In this document: one piece after another, positions 37,080 through 48,672 of the stretch
Position numbering within the stretch: position 1 is the first letter of the stretch
Layout: each line of letters starts with the position of its first letter
Assembly (NCBI GenBank): GCA_002104905.1
Contig: MCFE01000563.1
Span: forward strand, 1-57,551
Direction: 5' to 3'
Length of the DNA stretch: 57,551 bases
Origin: Basidiobolus meristosporus CBS 931.73
Taxonomy: Eukaryota > Fungi > Basidiobolomycota
Translations under genes and position numbers: made by a program
Notes under the pieces: generated by a model
The model's input: only the letters and a program-made list of their open reading frames with translations
The model's database searches: none
What the model was told of the DNA's origin: nothing

Positions 37080-38090
37080 TCAATGGGAGGTATACATGGG
37101 GGACGGGGTGATGCTGGCTACGGAATCCACGCAGCTACTGACCACCTGGTACGCCGGTGGAAGCTCTATGGCATGGTACAATGGGAGCTGATCGCACCCG
37201 TCGGTGACGCTAAACGAGACGGTGTTGATGGGGATGTCGATGCACGCGAAGTCCACCACTCCCTCACTGGTGACGAAGTAGGTGCGGACACTTAGCTCGT
37301 GGTAGATCTCCACCAGCTCGTTGACACAGCTGTAATTCGTGCTCTCCGGGATTCGCACGATGGTGGACTTGGTGTGCTCACCGGGTGCGTACTGCTCGTT
37401 GGTGGAGTCGAGGATCTTCATGTATTTCGCCTGCATCAGGTGGTCGGGGTTGTTGTCGGAGGGAACGTGGAATTGGATGAACTCCTTGAGAGTGCAGGTG
37501 ACATTTCTCACCTGGATCGAGCTCTCCACCGCCGACATGGAGATCTGCACGTCGAACTTCTCCCCTGGTGTGTAGTCGGTGGTGGCCATGGAGATCTTGC
37601 AGTTGAGCTTGTTGAGCAAGCGTCTTTCGACCACAAGCTCCTCACAAGAGGGCCCATCGATGCCGTAAGGGCTGCGCTGCACGTAGACCGGCACCTCCGT
37701 CTTCAGGTCAGACATGGCGAAGGTGGTCTCCGCCACCGCTTTCAAGCAGTATTTGATCTTCCCGGGATCCCCGGCGAACGACTCCGGGAGATTCCCGGGC
37801 ACCAGGATCTGGAAGGGGATGGAGCGCTGACCAGTGTACACGTTGGGCCGTTTGTGTTGGACCAAGGTGATGGTTTGGTCGACTAGGTTGCGGCGGGTTT
37901 TTTTAAGGGTGCAAGGGATGGATAGCTTACCGCCGAAGTGAAGGTATATCCGACGTATTTTCAACGCCGACCTGGCGCTCACCACCACGCTTCCGCGTAG
38001 GGTCATTTCGGCGAGATCCTCGCTGCCGTACGCGCTGTTGTGTAGGGTGTCGTTTTGTAATATGATGCGAAGAGATGAGGATGAAAACAT
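37080..38090 (-). CDS. Alpha-arrestin (arrestin-related trafficking adaptor), 336 aa, intronless
   Basis: Arrestin_N motifs (LRGSVVV...IRRIYLHFGG, IPFQILVPGNLPESF...GKIKYCLKA); Arrestin_C (YTPGEKFDVQI, LVEIYHELSV); C-terminal PY motifs LPLY and PPAY. Confidence 0.9.
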   Translation of the reverse strand: MFSSSSLRIILQNDTLHNSAYGSEDLAEMTLRGSVVVSARSALKIRRIYLHFGGKLSIPCTLKKTRRNLVDQTITLVQHKRPNVYTGQRSIPFQILVPGNLPESFAGDPGKIKYCLKAVAETTFAMSDLKTEVPVYVQRSPYGIDGPSCEELVVERRLLNKLNCKISMATTDYTPGEKFDVQISMSAVESSIQVRNVTCTLKEFIQFHVPSDNNPDHLMQAKYMKILDSTNEQYAPGEHTKSTIVRIPESTNYSCVNELVEIYHELSVRTYFVTSEGVVDFACIDIPINTVSFSVTDGCDQLPLYHAIELPPAYQVVSSCVDSVASITPSPMYTSH

Positions 38091-41000
38091 CTTTGCAATG
38101 GAAAAGGCATAAACAAGGCACTCGAAGGCTGTTGGGTGGAGCTAGTGTCAAGCTTGGCGGCCTTTATATAACCAGCGTCTGCTTAAGCCGCACTCAGTTT
38201 GGCAATCGGCTACTTTAGATGGAGGCCGCCTCTTCGTAGCAGTCCTCATGCGGGAGCCCTCTTGTTGATCGATAGGCCCAAATCCACTGGCGTCAGTAGT
38301 GTTTTCCATTGCCATGGCCACAGGAGTGGATGGAGATCCCATCCTCGAGCAATTTTCTATTCTTGGCAACTCCTTCGCATCATTCGAGCTCGAGGCATGC
38401 CACCCATCTACTCAATACGACGAAGATATGAGAGGCCGAAGGCAGACTAGATTTTCGTGTCCCTATAGCTTAATCTTCACTGATAGTAAGTGTCGGTGGT
38501 TCAAACCGATTAGAATGTCTGGATTTGGTATGATAGACCGAGCAAACGATTCCCATATCGAGAAAATACCCGAGTTTCACAGCAAACAACCTAAGCGTGG
38601 AGGGCCCACTGGCAGTCGTCTCCAGGTTCTGGTGTACATATCCATCCCAGAGTGCAGGAACCTCATGCGTCGCTCGTCGGTGGGGAAGAAGAAGTGGGTC
38701 GCCGGAGCCCCTCTGCCTGGCACCCCATGCCCCAAAGCTGGATATCATGCCGAGAGATGGGGTGCCACCAACGCAGCGCGGGAAATGTGGCTTTGTTGCG
38801 GAGCATGACGAAAAGGTGAGTGCGCCGGTGCTGGTGGCACTTTTTCCAACGGCCCCTAATCAGCAGTCACCAGGAGCCTCTTGATTTGGCCAAGCTGGTT
38901 CTGAGAAAGATTCAGGCTGGTCAGCTTTAGCTTATCTTCCTCCCTATGTGCGGAGACACTTCGACATGTCCACATGTCGCAAATGAGCCTCACCGATACA
39001 TATGATCTCATAGGCTGCGCTGGGTTGTTGCTTGATGCGACAAAGCTGGGAAATTCGATTAGATTGGTATGAGAGTCATGATACTGCCAGTCCATACACA
39101 GGTTGCTGGTAACTGCTATTAATAGAAACCCACCGAAAGCCCTTGATAACGATAGGCAACATTTGGCAACTGGAATAAACACCATTAACCTTCGCTCGCC
39201 AGGATTTGAATCTCTACTTGGCACCCCGTTTTGGATGATTTCCCAATTCAAGTCCAAACAAGCTATGGGAAAATGTTCTCCACTCGCAGACTCCATTTTT
39301 GGGGGGTCGTCCCTTCGATGATATCATTCTCTTGCCATGGGGTGCCACAGCTGGATTCCCTCCACGGTGGAGAAGCAGCACGGCATTCTCCCGTCGGTCA
39401 CGAGCCACCCACTGAGTTATGCAAATTGGTTCAGATTTCCGGTTGTTGGTCTGGATACGCCATGATAACGGGGTCATTTTCAGGCGATCGGTTCTGGTGG
39501 GCGGATTGCCGATACGCTAGGTATCCTGCTCATTGGAGAGTGAGTGAAGTGTGGGGGCTAGACTGTGCAGAGATCCTGGCCAAACTGTGGCGGCGAAATG
39601 GATGCTGCTCTCTAGTGCTGGTCAAGTTTGCAGTGGCTGACCCGCACTCCCTACCTAGCTTTACCACCAACATGCATTCTTACCTGCCGCCTGGTGAGAG
39701 CGGCCCCAATGCAAGGTTGAGGGAAGCCTGATTCACGCAACCACTGTTCTCCACTGCAGGCGATACGATTCCGCAACCGTCGGAATCCGGCCATTTTAGG
39801 GCCCCACTGGCATACATCGTGGGCCGAGTTGAATCTGATTGAAACCGAATCCAACCGGATTGATTGTCGTCGATCTCGATCTTTTTGCAACCCTTGCGCT
39901 TCAGAAGACAGCGATGTCTGGGCGACATCCACCACGGAACGGTATTTGGGCCAGTTTGGTTAATGAATGCGTTCAAGATAGTAGTGTGATGAAGTGTCAG
40001 CCATGATATTATTCATAGCGTCCGACCTGCATCCTAAACTTAAAAACCCTAACCACCTTGATATGCTCCATGGAGTATCTGTTTAACAGATGGAGAGGCG
40101 CCCGGAGTGCCTGGCTTCCGCGCGACACCAAGTGATGCCGTCGTCGTAGGGTAGGTTGTAAACATTGTACACTAAATGGTGCAGATCTCGGATACTAGTT
40201 GGCAATTTCCAATATCGCTATTGCTCCAACTGGGCCTCCCAATCCGCTTGCATTCTTAGCAGGATGTCTGCTGCCGAGAGCTTTATCATGGCAGGATCTT
40301 ATCTACCTTTTCTGGTGCTTTCATCTGACGGCATACGCCCATTTCTTATCTCCAGCGTTATCTTGAAGAGCACAAAGTCATTGGAGATAGCCTTCAAACC
40401 TGCCGGAATTGGCAATCGTATTGGAATATCATACTCAAAGAAAAAGATACCTTGCGCACTTCATCTGCCTCGTGGGAAATGTTGAACCGCACGCTCGCTA
40501 CAATACCAGCATACTTTGCTCTCTTTACTATAGCACGTGTCGGTACAGGGATCAGGAAAACATGATATTGATCGTAATCTACCGGACGTACTCTAGATGC
40601 ACAAATAGCCTCTAGAATCTTCGCGAGATAAACTACTGTTACTGGTGTCAACAATCATCGTCACGGCTGACACCGTCTCTGAAAATGATGAGGCGTTAAG
40701 TTGGCTTCCCAGGACACTTCTACAGATTTACGCTACTTGTGAAATGCACAATCGGCCTCTCATCACACATCAAGTTTTGGCATATTTTCATTTCGCAACA
40801 TGAGCATCGAGGCCAAGTTGGCTTCTAACAAGCTGGTAGGTGGGAAATCCATATGTACGAGGAGCTGGTTGCAACATGCAGCTCTTTGGCACTGGCAGTA
40901 TGGCTTGGTCAGATTCCAAAGGAGATTTATGCTGGTATAGTCTTTTTGCAAGTACCTAGCGCTATATCTATATATCCGATCATCCTGATCTACACTTGTT

Positions 41001-42297
41001 CGGTATGCTCGATTCCTATTTCGATCTGGCTTGACTTGCACACATGCTATATCTGAAATCAGCTTGCTGGTGTATGCCAATACCAATTGTGGGCTACATG
41101 TTGTTGATAAAAGCCTCACAATAGGAGATATCTTGCCGATTGCGGCGCAGTACGTATTTGTATGCTGGTACACTAATAATCTTGGAGGATAGTAATGTAA
41201 CCTCGCGGCTTGCAAGGATTTGATGGGGTGAAAAGATTCGCTTAATATCTAAATTAATATTACCTACTTCGAATGTGTTGAATGCTTGCTGCTTTGCTCA
41301 GAGCAGCTTCACACTTCTGAAATGTGCCTCTAAAGAAAAAGGCAATATATCAGAAGAGATCAAACAATTCATGCCAGTGGTAAGTATTTAGATATATGCA
41401 GATATCATATGCCATCTGTTAGGGAGTCATAGTTACTGCAATCAATACGCTTTGCACTTAACAGCCGGCCTTGTTTATGTATGACTCACCTGCATATCTT
41501 TGATACCGTGCTCTTCATTAGGTCAGGGCCATTTGTTAACTCACGTTCCTCTTTAAGTGTATCAGATAAGGCATTTGTATAATAAAGCACTTAAAACCAT
41601 TTTGTGCCATTTTTCATGACATTGAACAAGAAGATCTTGGCTTTCTATCAGCTGGACTCATATTGCAGCTTTTCAGAACACACCAAGTCAAGTGCAAGCA
41701 CTAATTCCAAGATATTTGAGTAGGAACAGTGAGAGCAAAGTCTCTATCAAGGTTTCAGGAGGTAGTAAGTAGAGGTTGGGGTCTTTAGAGCTGTCCAACT
41801 GGCAACAATTTCCAAGACCCCAATATCAGAAGCATTGGTCAGTATCCAGCCCACCACTTATACTTTATACCTAGTGGTATGTTGAACCAAAGCCCAAGTC
41901 AACAAAGTAATACTGCTGTACAGTAAGAAACTAGGATAGAGCTAATATATAATATAGGGATTCTTCATATTAGTGTAATGAACCTGGATATTCACCTCTT
42001 GTAAGTTGTATGATGGTTGCACACCTTATCAACGCTATTGAAAGATAGAAGATACTGGAAAGGCCTTGAAGAGATAATGGCCAATGGTGTATTTTCTCAT
42101 AAAAAATTGGATAAATAGTTGAATCCAATCTCAGCACTTGTAAACAGGATTGGAGCTGTATCAATGTTAGCATGCATAATTTCTCTAGAAGTGGCATTAT
42201 TGTTGTGAGAGTTTTGAGTAAATTTGAAGCATTTGGGAGAGGTAGATTTTGCAGCCTTCATCAGATGCTGTATTGAGTAAAAAAGTAATATCTATAC

Positions 42298-42646
42298 TAT
42301 TGTAAAAATTCGCATTTCCACCTAAATATTCACCTAACTTAGTCACTTAGATCATCACCTTCAAATCCTAGAGAATACTGACCAAATTCCTTGTCGGAAT
42401 TTACTTAGAATATTTTCACCAAAATACCAGGTACCCAGAACATGAAAATTCTCAAAGCTGTCCAAACAGCCCCAAACTTTGCACACATGCTCTTGAGACC
42501 TTCTGTAACCTATTCTGCGTGTTTGTAATGCCAAGACCAGGTAAAAGTATAAATACTACTTTTACATTCAATATATCATCAAGTGAAAACCACATAATCT
42601 ACTTGTTCTCCCAATCACTTCCAATATCTCCAAGACTCTTACAACA
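42298..42646 (+). repeat. Solo copia LTR
   Basis: ~349 bp, close to 24478-24827; ends CAACA; no PBS or internal sequence follows; no matching TSD seen. Confidence 0.9.
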
Positions 42647-43439
42647 GAAAGGTCCCACATGTATGGGTAGATTTGGGACTCCATGTGCAACATTAGGATT
42701 TTCATGTTCTAGGCACCTGCTTTCTTAGTAAGATACTTTAGGTATATGCTAACAAGAAACTTAGGCTGAGCGCTTCTGGACTTATGGCCACTGCTCTAAG
42801 CTACTAAGCCAAGTTACTACCTATGGTACTCAAAAATATCTTACACCAAAGCATGTATTCCCATGATTCCAGGCAAGATATTCCCTTTGGTGCAAAGCAT
42901 GCTGAGATGCTCCAGATTCAATGTACCATATTTATAAATCTTATGAATTGATACATCTGCTTTTGTCTTATCAGAATGTACTTGTAGAATAGTGATTGGT
43001 GCTTTTCCAGAAGTGATATTCACTTCAAAAGGGGCTTTGTTTATCCATATTCTCCTGAGAGTTATTTTCAGCCTTGAGCTTGGTTTGCAAGGCCAACTGA
43101 TCTTTTGAGTGTCCTGAAACCTAATAAAAAGCCATCTGGCTCATCCTTGCACCTTTTTCTCTCAGCTCCATAGACAGCAGACATCAAGACTTCTGCATAG
43201 TACAACTTGCTACTATGTATACTACTATATTTGACAGATCCTGTTGAAGTCTCAGGGCTCTTCTGAGGTTTCTGGCCTAAGAACTTTGTACAAGAGGCTC
43301 CATGAAGCATATCTGCATTGGCAGATAATCCAAATAGAGCCTACATTAGTTTTGGCTCCATTGAGAAGTACCCTAGTTTGCTGTAGTAGTATTTGCCTAT
43401 TTTTTCTTCTTTTTCTTTTCCTGTTGATGACCCAGGGAT

Positions 43440-43652
43440 GATTCCTTTAGTGCAACTGTTCTGGGCTTTCACAGTTTGGGGTATTTGGACAACTTTGAGA
43501 AAGTTTATAATCTGGGTACCTGACAATTTGGTGAATATATTCTAAGTAAATCCCAGTAAGAAATTTAGTCAGGACAGAATGCTAACCACAGAATAAGATC
43601 TATATGACTAAGTTAGCATGAATACTTAGGTCACAACTTAATAATTACAACA
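43440..43652 (-). repeat. Diverged copia-family LTR relic
   Basis: TTTGGACAACTTTGAGAAA...TATTCTAAGTAAATCCC...ATGACTAAGTTAG...TTACAACA aligns to the reverse-complement LTR. Confidence 0.6.
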
Positions 43653-44349
43653 CTATTAGCATATAGCATTCTACATACCATGTATGTATAAATGCAATTA
43701 CTGGACCAAACTAGTTGTAAAGCAAGAAATAAACAGTCTCTATTGGTCTGAATCCCTTCCTGTATTGCCAAAGTCATCAGCAGACTTAGCAGGCCACGTT
43801 GAACAGCTAGCAACTATGCTTGATATCCGTAGAAATCTGAGCATGAATTGGAGTAGCTACAAATGAGTGAAATATCTCACCTGTTGGATAACACCTTACC
43901 CCTAGTTTTGGGTAGCCTGTGAATAGCTAAGAGAGTCTGTGTGCTCAAATATCTCTGGAATCTTGAGGAGCTGGCAAACATCCGGTAATGTCGGTTCTGG
44001 TAAAACAAGTTGATCTTACTACGGACAAATGGCTACATCATATTACACGAATTGTTAGGTGCCAAATAGATCTGTTTCATCATTTGCAACGGTTCCAACT
44101 GGTTGGCATGTTGAGTTTGTATGAAACGAGCAAAACTCTGCTGAGCCCGTGAAAAGCCAGGAATATTGGTATTTCAAAGAGGACATTGAATGTAGGGTCA
44201 GGGGAATAAGGCATGAATTCTTGGTATTTTCCCATACCTTGGTAACTATACCCATCAGCAGAACCCAAGCAAATGCTCTCAAGATTCAATGAAACATGAT
44301 GAAGTGGAACTGATGTTACATGAGTTGGTTAGGGGCAAATCTAGTCAAT

Positions 44350-46250
44350 CAAAGATGTTTCTGATTGGGACAAAACTATCACCCACCCACACGAGCTCCC
44401 ATTAGCACTGGTCGAACATACTATCCAGATCTGGCCCCGTGCCCACAACCTCCTGGACATCAACCAAACTCCACCACAAGCGTATCAAATGGGTATCGTC
44501 TGATTGGGGTAATATCCTCGATCGGATACGAGCTCTTTTGATGATGACCAAGACGAGGGCGGTCTGTCCCCCAATACAACATCCCGTAGTGTACCCTGTC
44601 CAGTGCGGGCACTTCGAATACTGGTGGCAGTCGACGACTTGGGCTGGCCGCAATACCTGGGCTGCGACTCGTACCTCATGTCACTTGGCCAATGCCATCG
44701 CTGCCCCGCTCGACACCAATCATATGCGTTAAGAGATGCATCGGATTGCGTACAGAAATCAGATGACCTTCAGATAGGATTTAGAACAAGCGACAATCTA
44801 CCAAATATGGGGCGATGGGTTCGGTCATACCTGATTGGTGTAGGTACAAATCAAGATCGCACTCAATCCTGGCTAATTAACACGAATTCAGCAATCCCTA
44901 TCATGTTTAGCGGCGAGGAAGCCGTCCACTGGAATATTCTCCGGTCCACAAGACGCCCTGTAGTTGGTTCTACGTAGTTTTGGACAAAGTGCAAATCCGC
45001 CTTTCGAACCCGATCAGACCCAAAGTGATCCCTCCACGATGTTCCAAGCATTCCAAGTTTGCCCATGACGCGTGGCATACTGGGTCCAAATCTGCTTTTG
45101 TGCTTGGCATGAGGGAACCAATGCCAGGTTCTGGCTGGCTTCCTGGAATAGGCGAGGCATGTTGGAGGCCATACTCGCCTTACGCAGCCCCCCTCTGGTT
45201 ACCTGTAATCAGTCCAAACTTGTACACGATACTTACGGCGCATCCACTGGCATTGGCCCCGGATGGATCCCTCGGTCTCACCAAGGATGCATTAGGATAT
45301 AGATCGCTATTCGTTGGCAGCCATCAAAAAGTGGACTCAATACACTCGATGATGCTTTGGATCATCGAAGCGGGCACCAGCTGCATGGGAATCCAGTCTG
45401 GGTGCCTAATCTTCCAGGTGTCCCACACTTCCGACCTCTTGCTTCGCTGGCCAAGCATCATGGCTGCCTGGCGTTTGTTTGTTGCATCATCCTACCAGTC
45501 AGGCGCGATCTGAAGGGGCGTGGGTGGAGATAGAGACACCCTGGCAGCGCATTCCTACTGGCCATCACCCAATCTGTAACCTTACCCTCGTGATCCTATG
45601 CACCGTACATACTTATTCCAAACCATCCCACCACACCTGTTGTTCTGAGACCTACAGAAAAGGTGGTTAATCACCGTGAGATGGCCGCTTCGGGGCAGGG
45701 CACCGATGACCAGCAAGCCCATCCCCTCCACACCCCAAACTGACCATGCGGATCGAGGCTCTGCGTCGATAGGGATGCACCTGGATCTTGCCAACGTCTG
45801 CTTGGTGGTGATGGGCAGAGTTGGCCACATCAATGCAACCAAGGCTTCTCAGGGCGATCGAATGGGCCAACAACCACGTAGCCAATGGTAGGGTGGATAT
45901 GGCTGCCAAACCAAGGCCGACCTTTCCAATTCCAATGGCCAGATCTGAGTGGCTCCCGAGGATCAGAACCCCAGGTGAAATGCGAAATGCGCAGGGTGTA
46001 CGAGATGGGCCATGACTAAGGCAACCGGAAATAAGGTTTACGGATTTGGCGAGGGGCAGGCTTGGTAATGCTCCAAATGATCATGGATCTCCCCAACAAA
46101 CCAGTTGGCAGCGTTTGCGCAACCCCAAGTAGGATCCATTTGGTGCATTTGGAAAGCCGGATATGGGCCTCAATTAAGATCGAAATGTACAGTGATTTAT
46201 TTTGTGGTCAGTGGGATGGCAACTCGTACTAGTTGGATGATTACATTAGT
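44350..46250 (-). pseudogene. Possible second degenerate L1/Tx1-like relic
   Basis: Fragments ALMWPTLPITTKQTLARSRCIPID (zf-RVT-like), SKCPH.TGQGTLRDVVL (CCHC-like) and RLWWSL; frames heavily broken. Confidence 0.35.
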
Positions 46251-46308
46251 ATTAAGAATGATTCGTATTCGTACATTGGATTGGCCGCTGTATTCTAGGC
46301 CAGCTGAT

Positions 46309-48672
46309 TTATGCAGAGTGAAGAAAATGGTAGGCCTTGTTGATGTTCGTATTCCAGATCTCAGAAACCCTATCAGCGGCAACCGCCCATTCGTGCAACT
46401 CGGGGCTCAAGTCGTTGATCTGTCTGGGCTGGAGCTCGGTGGGGTCAGAGTAGAGATCGTAGTATGCCATTGAGCCATCGTTGAACTTCAGCAGCTTGTG
46501 GGTGCCGTAGCGCAGCGTCGTAGAGAAACCTCCGGGGGTAGCTAGCGACATGGTGATTCGCATGGGGTCGCTGGGCCCAGTGATGCTGGATCCTTCGTAA
46601 TCGAAGGCGCCTTGCTCTGCCTCGGGATCCTCCTTGAGAAGGTTTAGCATCGTCGGCAGGATGTCGAGATTGGTCCAATTGCCAAGGACCAGGTTGGTAG
46701 CGCCGCGTTGATACAGCGTTTGCAAGCGGCCATCTTGCTGTGCTTCGGGGCCATCCTTCTCGATCAGGTTCAGTCGGAACTGTTGCTTTAGATACTCCTG
46801 CACGCCACCGTTCGGCGAGTAGAACATAAGCGGTACATTGAATGCATATTCATACGGGTTTTGATGGGCATGCATGATGTGATGCTCGCGCAGAGAGACT
46901 CCGTGGTCCCCGACAAACATAAAGAGAGTCTCCTGGTAGGTCTTTGGATGGGCCTTCTCGAAGGAGGCCAGGAAGTCCTTCATGAAACCGTCAACATAGC
47001 GAATGCTGTTCAGATAGTCATTCACTGGGCCGTCGGCCTTCTCGAGATAGTCGATCTTGTTCCAGCTCTTCGGCTGGCCGTATGGATGATGCGCAGCGTT
47101 GTTGAGGTGAGTGAGGAAAAAGGGCTTGTTGGCGTCTTTTTGCTCGCCGATCCAGTCCACCATCTTGGGAATGATGATTTCGTCCTCGTATCCAAAGTAA
47201 TTGATTTCCTCGAACTTGCCGTTGGACAGCCTGGGGATATTGTCGTATTGGTCGAGCTCTCCACCGTTGATCAACTGCTTGTCGAGCACGAGGTCGAATC
47301 CGAATTTCTGCATTAGATTCCTTTGGTTGTCGAAGCCGCCGTCGGATGTTTGGAAATAGGCTGAGCCGTAGTCGGAGTGCTTCTTAAGAAGCTCTGGCAA
47401 GCATGTTTGGTAGAAGGGGTGGGTGCGTTCGGAGGCGCCCGGGGTACGAAGTGGCATCATGCCGCAATGGGTGGTTGTGAGTGATTTCAAAGTGTATCCC
47501 GAAAGAGACTTGGTGTATGGCATGTAGAAGCCTCCTCGTCGCATCAAATCCTCGAAAAACGGCGAGATACCGCTCTCGTATCCTTCAGCGCTGCTGGGGT
47601 TGCGAGTTTGGTTACGCTGCTCCTCTCTGAGCTTTGGTTCCAGCCGCTCGGAGAACTCGGAGAAATAGTCGAATGGGACTATATCATTGCGAGTGGTCTC
47701 GAGGATCATGAATACAACGTTCTTGATGGTCGAATTCTGGCTTCTTCGGAGAAAGTCAAAGTCTTGGTCTTGCATTGTCGAGTTTCGTCCGACCCGCATG
47801 CTCGAGAATTTGGTTACAAATTCATTGGTCGCATCGTACTTGAAACCCGTGATATTCAGAGAACCAGCATTCGCAACATGAGGATAAATCAGCATAATAC
47901 AGAGTGCTTTGGCGCCAAAGTTGCTATCGAGCTCTGACCAAGGGGCCGAGGGTCTGATGGTCAAACACAAAACGATGTAAGTTAGGAGGAGGGCAGTCAG
48001 TAGTCCGTATGCGGCGTTTCTCTTGGTCGCGACCAACAAAAGGGTTTCTCTTGACCAAGAGAGCTTGACCACATTTGGAGAATGCTTTGGCTCTGAATAC
48101 AGAGTCTCCTCAAAGAATGCCTCCTCGATCGCAGCGATCTCGTCAAGCTTGTTGTGTACAGGCATGTAGGGCTGACTTGCAGACGTCCTTGACATCTGAT
48201 AGCGCAAGGAGAAGTAGAAGAACAGCCAAAGCGCAAGAAGTCCCAAAGACATGATGACAAGTAAAGGCAGGTCGTGCACAGCCATTCCAGCTTGGGCAGC
48301 AGTAACATTGGCCAGCATGTCGCGCATAGTATACCAGTTGATCAGAGTCTCCGATTCGCGGTAGAACGTGATGGTCATGACGTTCGCCAGGTTGCTCCAA
48401 AGTGCGAGCAGGTACAGCACACCCGAGAAAACCCCACCCAACCACCGCAGCTTCCGAAAGCTCCCGCACAGCTCCATTAAGAACACAATCACCTGCAGGT
48501 ATGCCCAGTCGAAGAAAAGGCTGGAGGGGAACCAGAGAGCATCGCTGGGCTCTCGGCTCAGGTAATCCAAGGCTAACAGTAATTTGCATATGATGCACGA
48601 GATGAAGGTGGCAGAGATGAAGGCCTTTGCGAGAATTGAGATCCGGCCATAAAAGAGAAACAGAATACTCAT
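46309..48672 (-). CDS. Membrane-anchored alkaline-phosphatase-superfamily protein (LtaS/sulfatase-like), 787 aa, intronless
   Basis: About 5-6 hydrophobic N-terminal segments; catalytic-domain motifs NVVFMILETTR, GYTLKSL, HHPYG, YLNSIRYVD, TLFMFVGDHG, DILPTML, YYDLYSDPTE. Lacks the sulfatase C/S-x-P-x-R motif. Confidence 0.85.
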   Translation of the reverse strand: MSILFLFYGRISILAKAFISATFISCIICKLLLALDYLSREPSDALWFPSSLFFDWAYLQVIVFLMELCGSFRKLRWLGGVFSGVLYLLALWSNLANVMTITFYRESETLINWYTMRDMLANVTAAQAGMAVHDLPLLVIMSLGLLALWLFFYFSLRYQMSRTSASQPYMPVHNKLDEIAAIEEAFFEETLYSEPKHSPNVVKLSWSRETLLLVATKRNAAYGLLTALLLTYIVLCLTIRPSAPWSELDSNFGAKALCIMLIYPHVANAGSLNITGFKYDATNEFVTKFSSMRVGRNSTMQDQDFDFLRRSQNSTIKNVVFMILETTRNDIVPFDYFSEFSERLEPKLREEQRNQTRNPSSAEGYESGISPFFEDLMRRGGFYMPYTKSLSGYTLKSLTTTHCGMMPLRTPGASERTHPFYQTCLPELLKKHSDYGSAYFQTSDGGFDNQRNLMQKFGFDLVLDKQLINGGELDQYDNIPRLSNGKFEEINYFGYEDEIIIPKMVDWIGEQKDANKPFFLTHLNNAAHHPYGQPKSWNKIDYLEKADGPVNDYLNSIRYVDGFMKDFLASFEKAHPKTYQETLFMFVGDHGVSLREHHIMHAHQNPYEYAFNVPLMFYSPNGGVQEYLKQQFRLNLIEKDGPEAQQDGRLQTLYQRGATNLVLGNWTNLDILPTMLNLLKEDPEAEQGAFDYEGSSITGPSDPMRITMSLATPGGFSTTLRYGTHKLLKFNDGSMAYYDLYSDPTELQPRQINDLSPELHEWAVAADRVSEIWNTNINKAYHFLHSA

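Noticed and set aside
38100-41250. CpG-rich stretch with many 70-170 aa ORFs; possibly another gene or LINE relic
   Set aside because: No motif or consistent frame recognised; needs TBLASTN or RNA-seq.
41640-42200. Considered as a hAT dimerisation-domain relic
   Set aside because: Manual translation did not recover the WW...P.L...A...L...S..ER motif.
43860-43905. TCACCTGTTGG...ACCCCTAG resembles the family B 3' module in the opposite orientation
   Set aside because: Only 11 nt match; the closing GGTGA stem and the AATAAA are missing.
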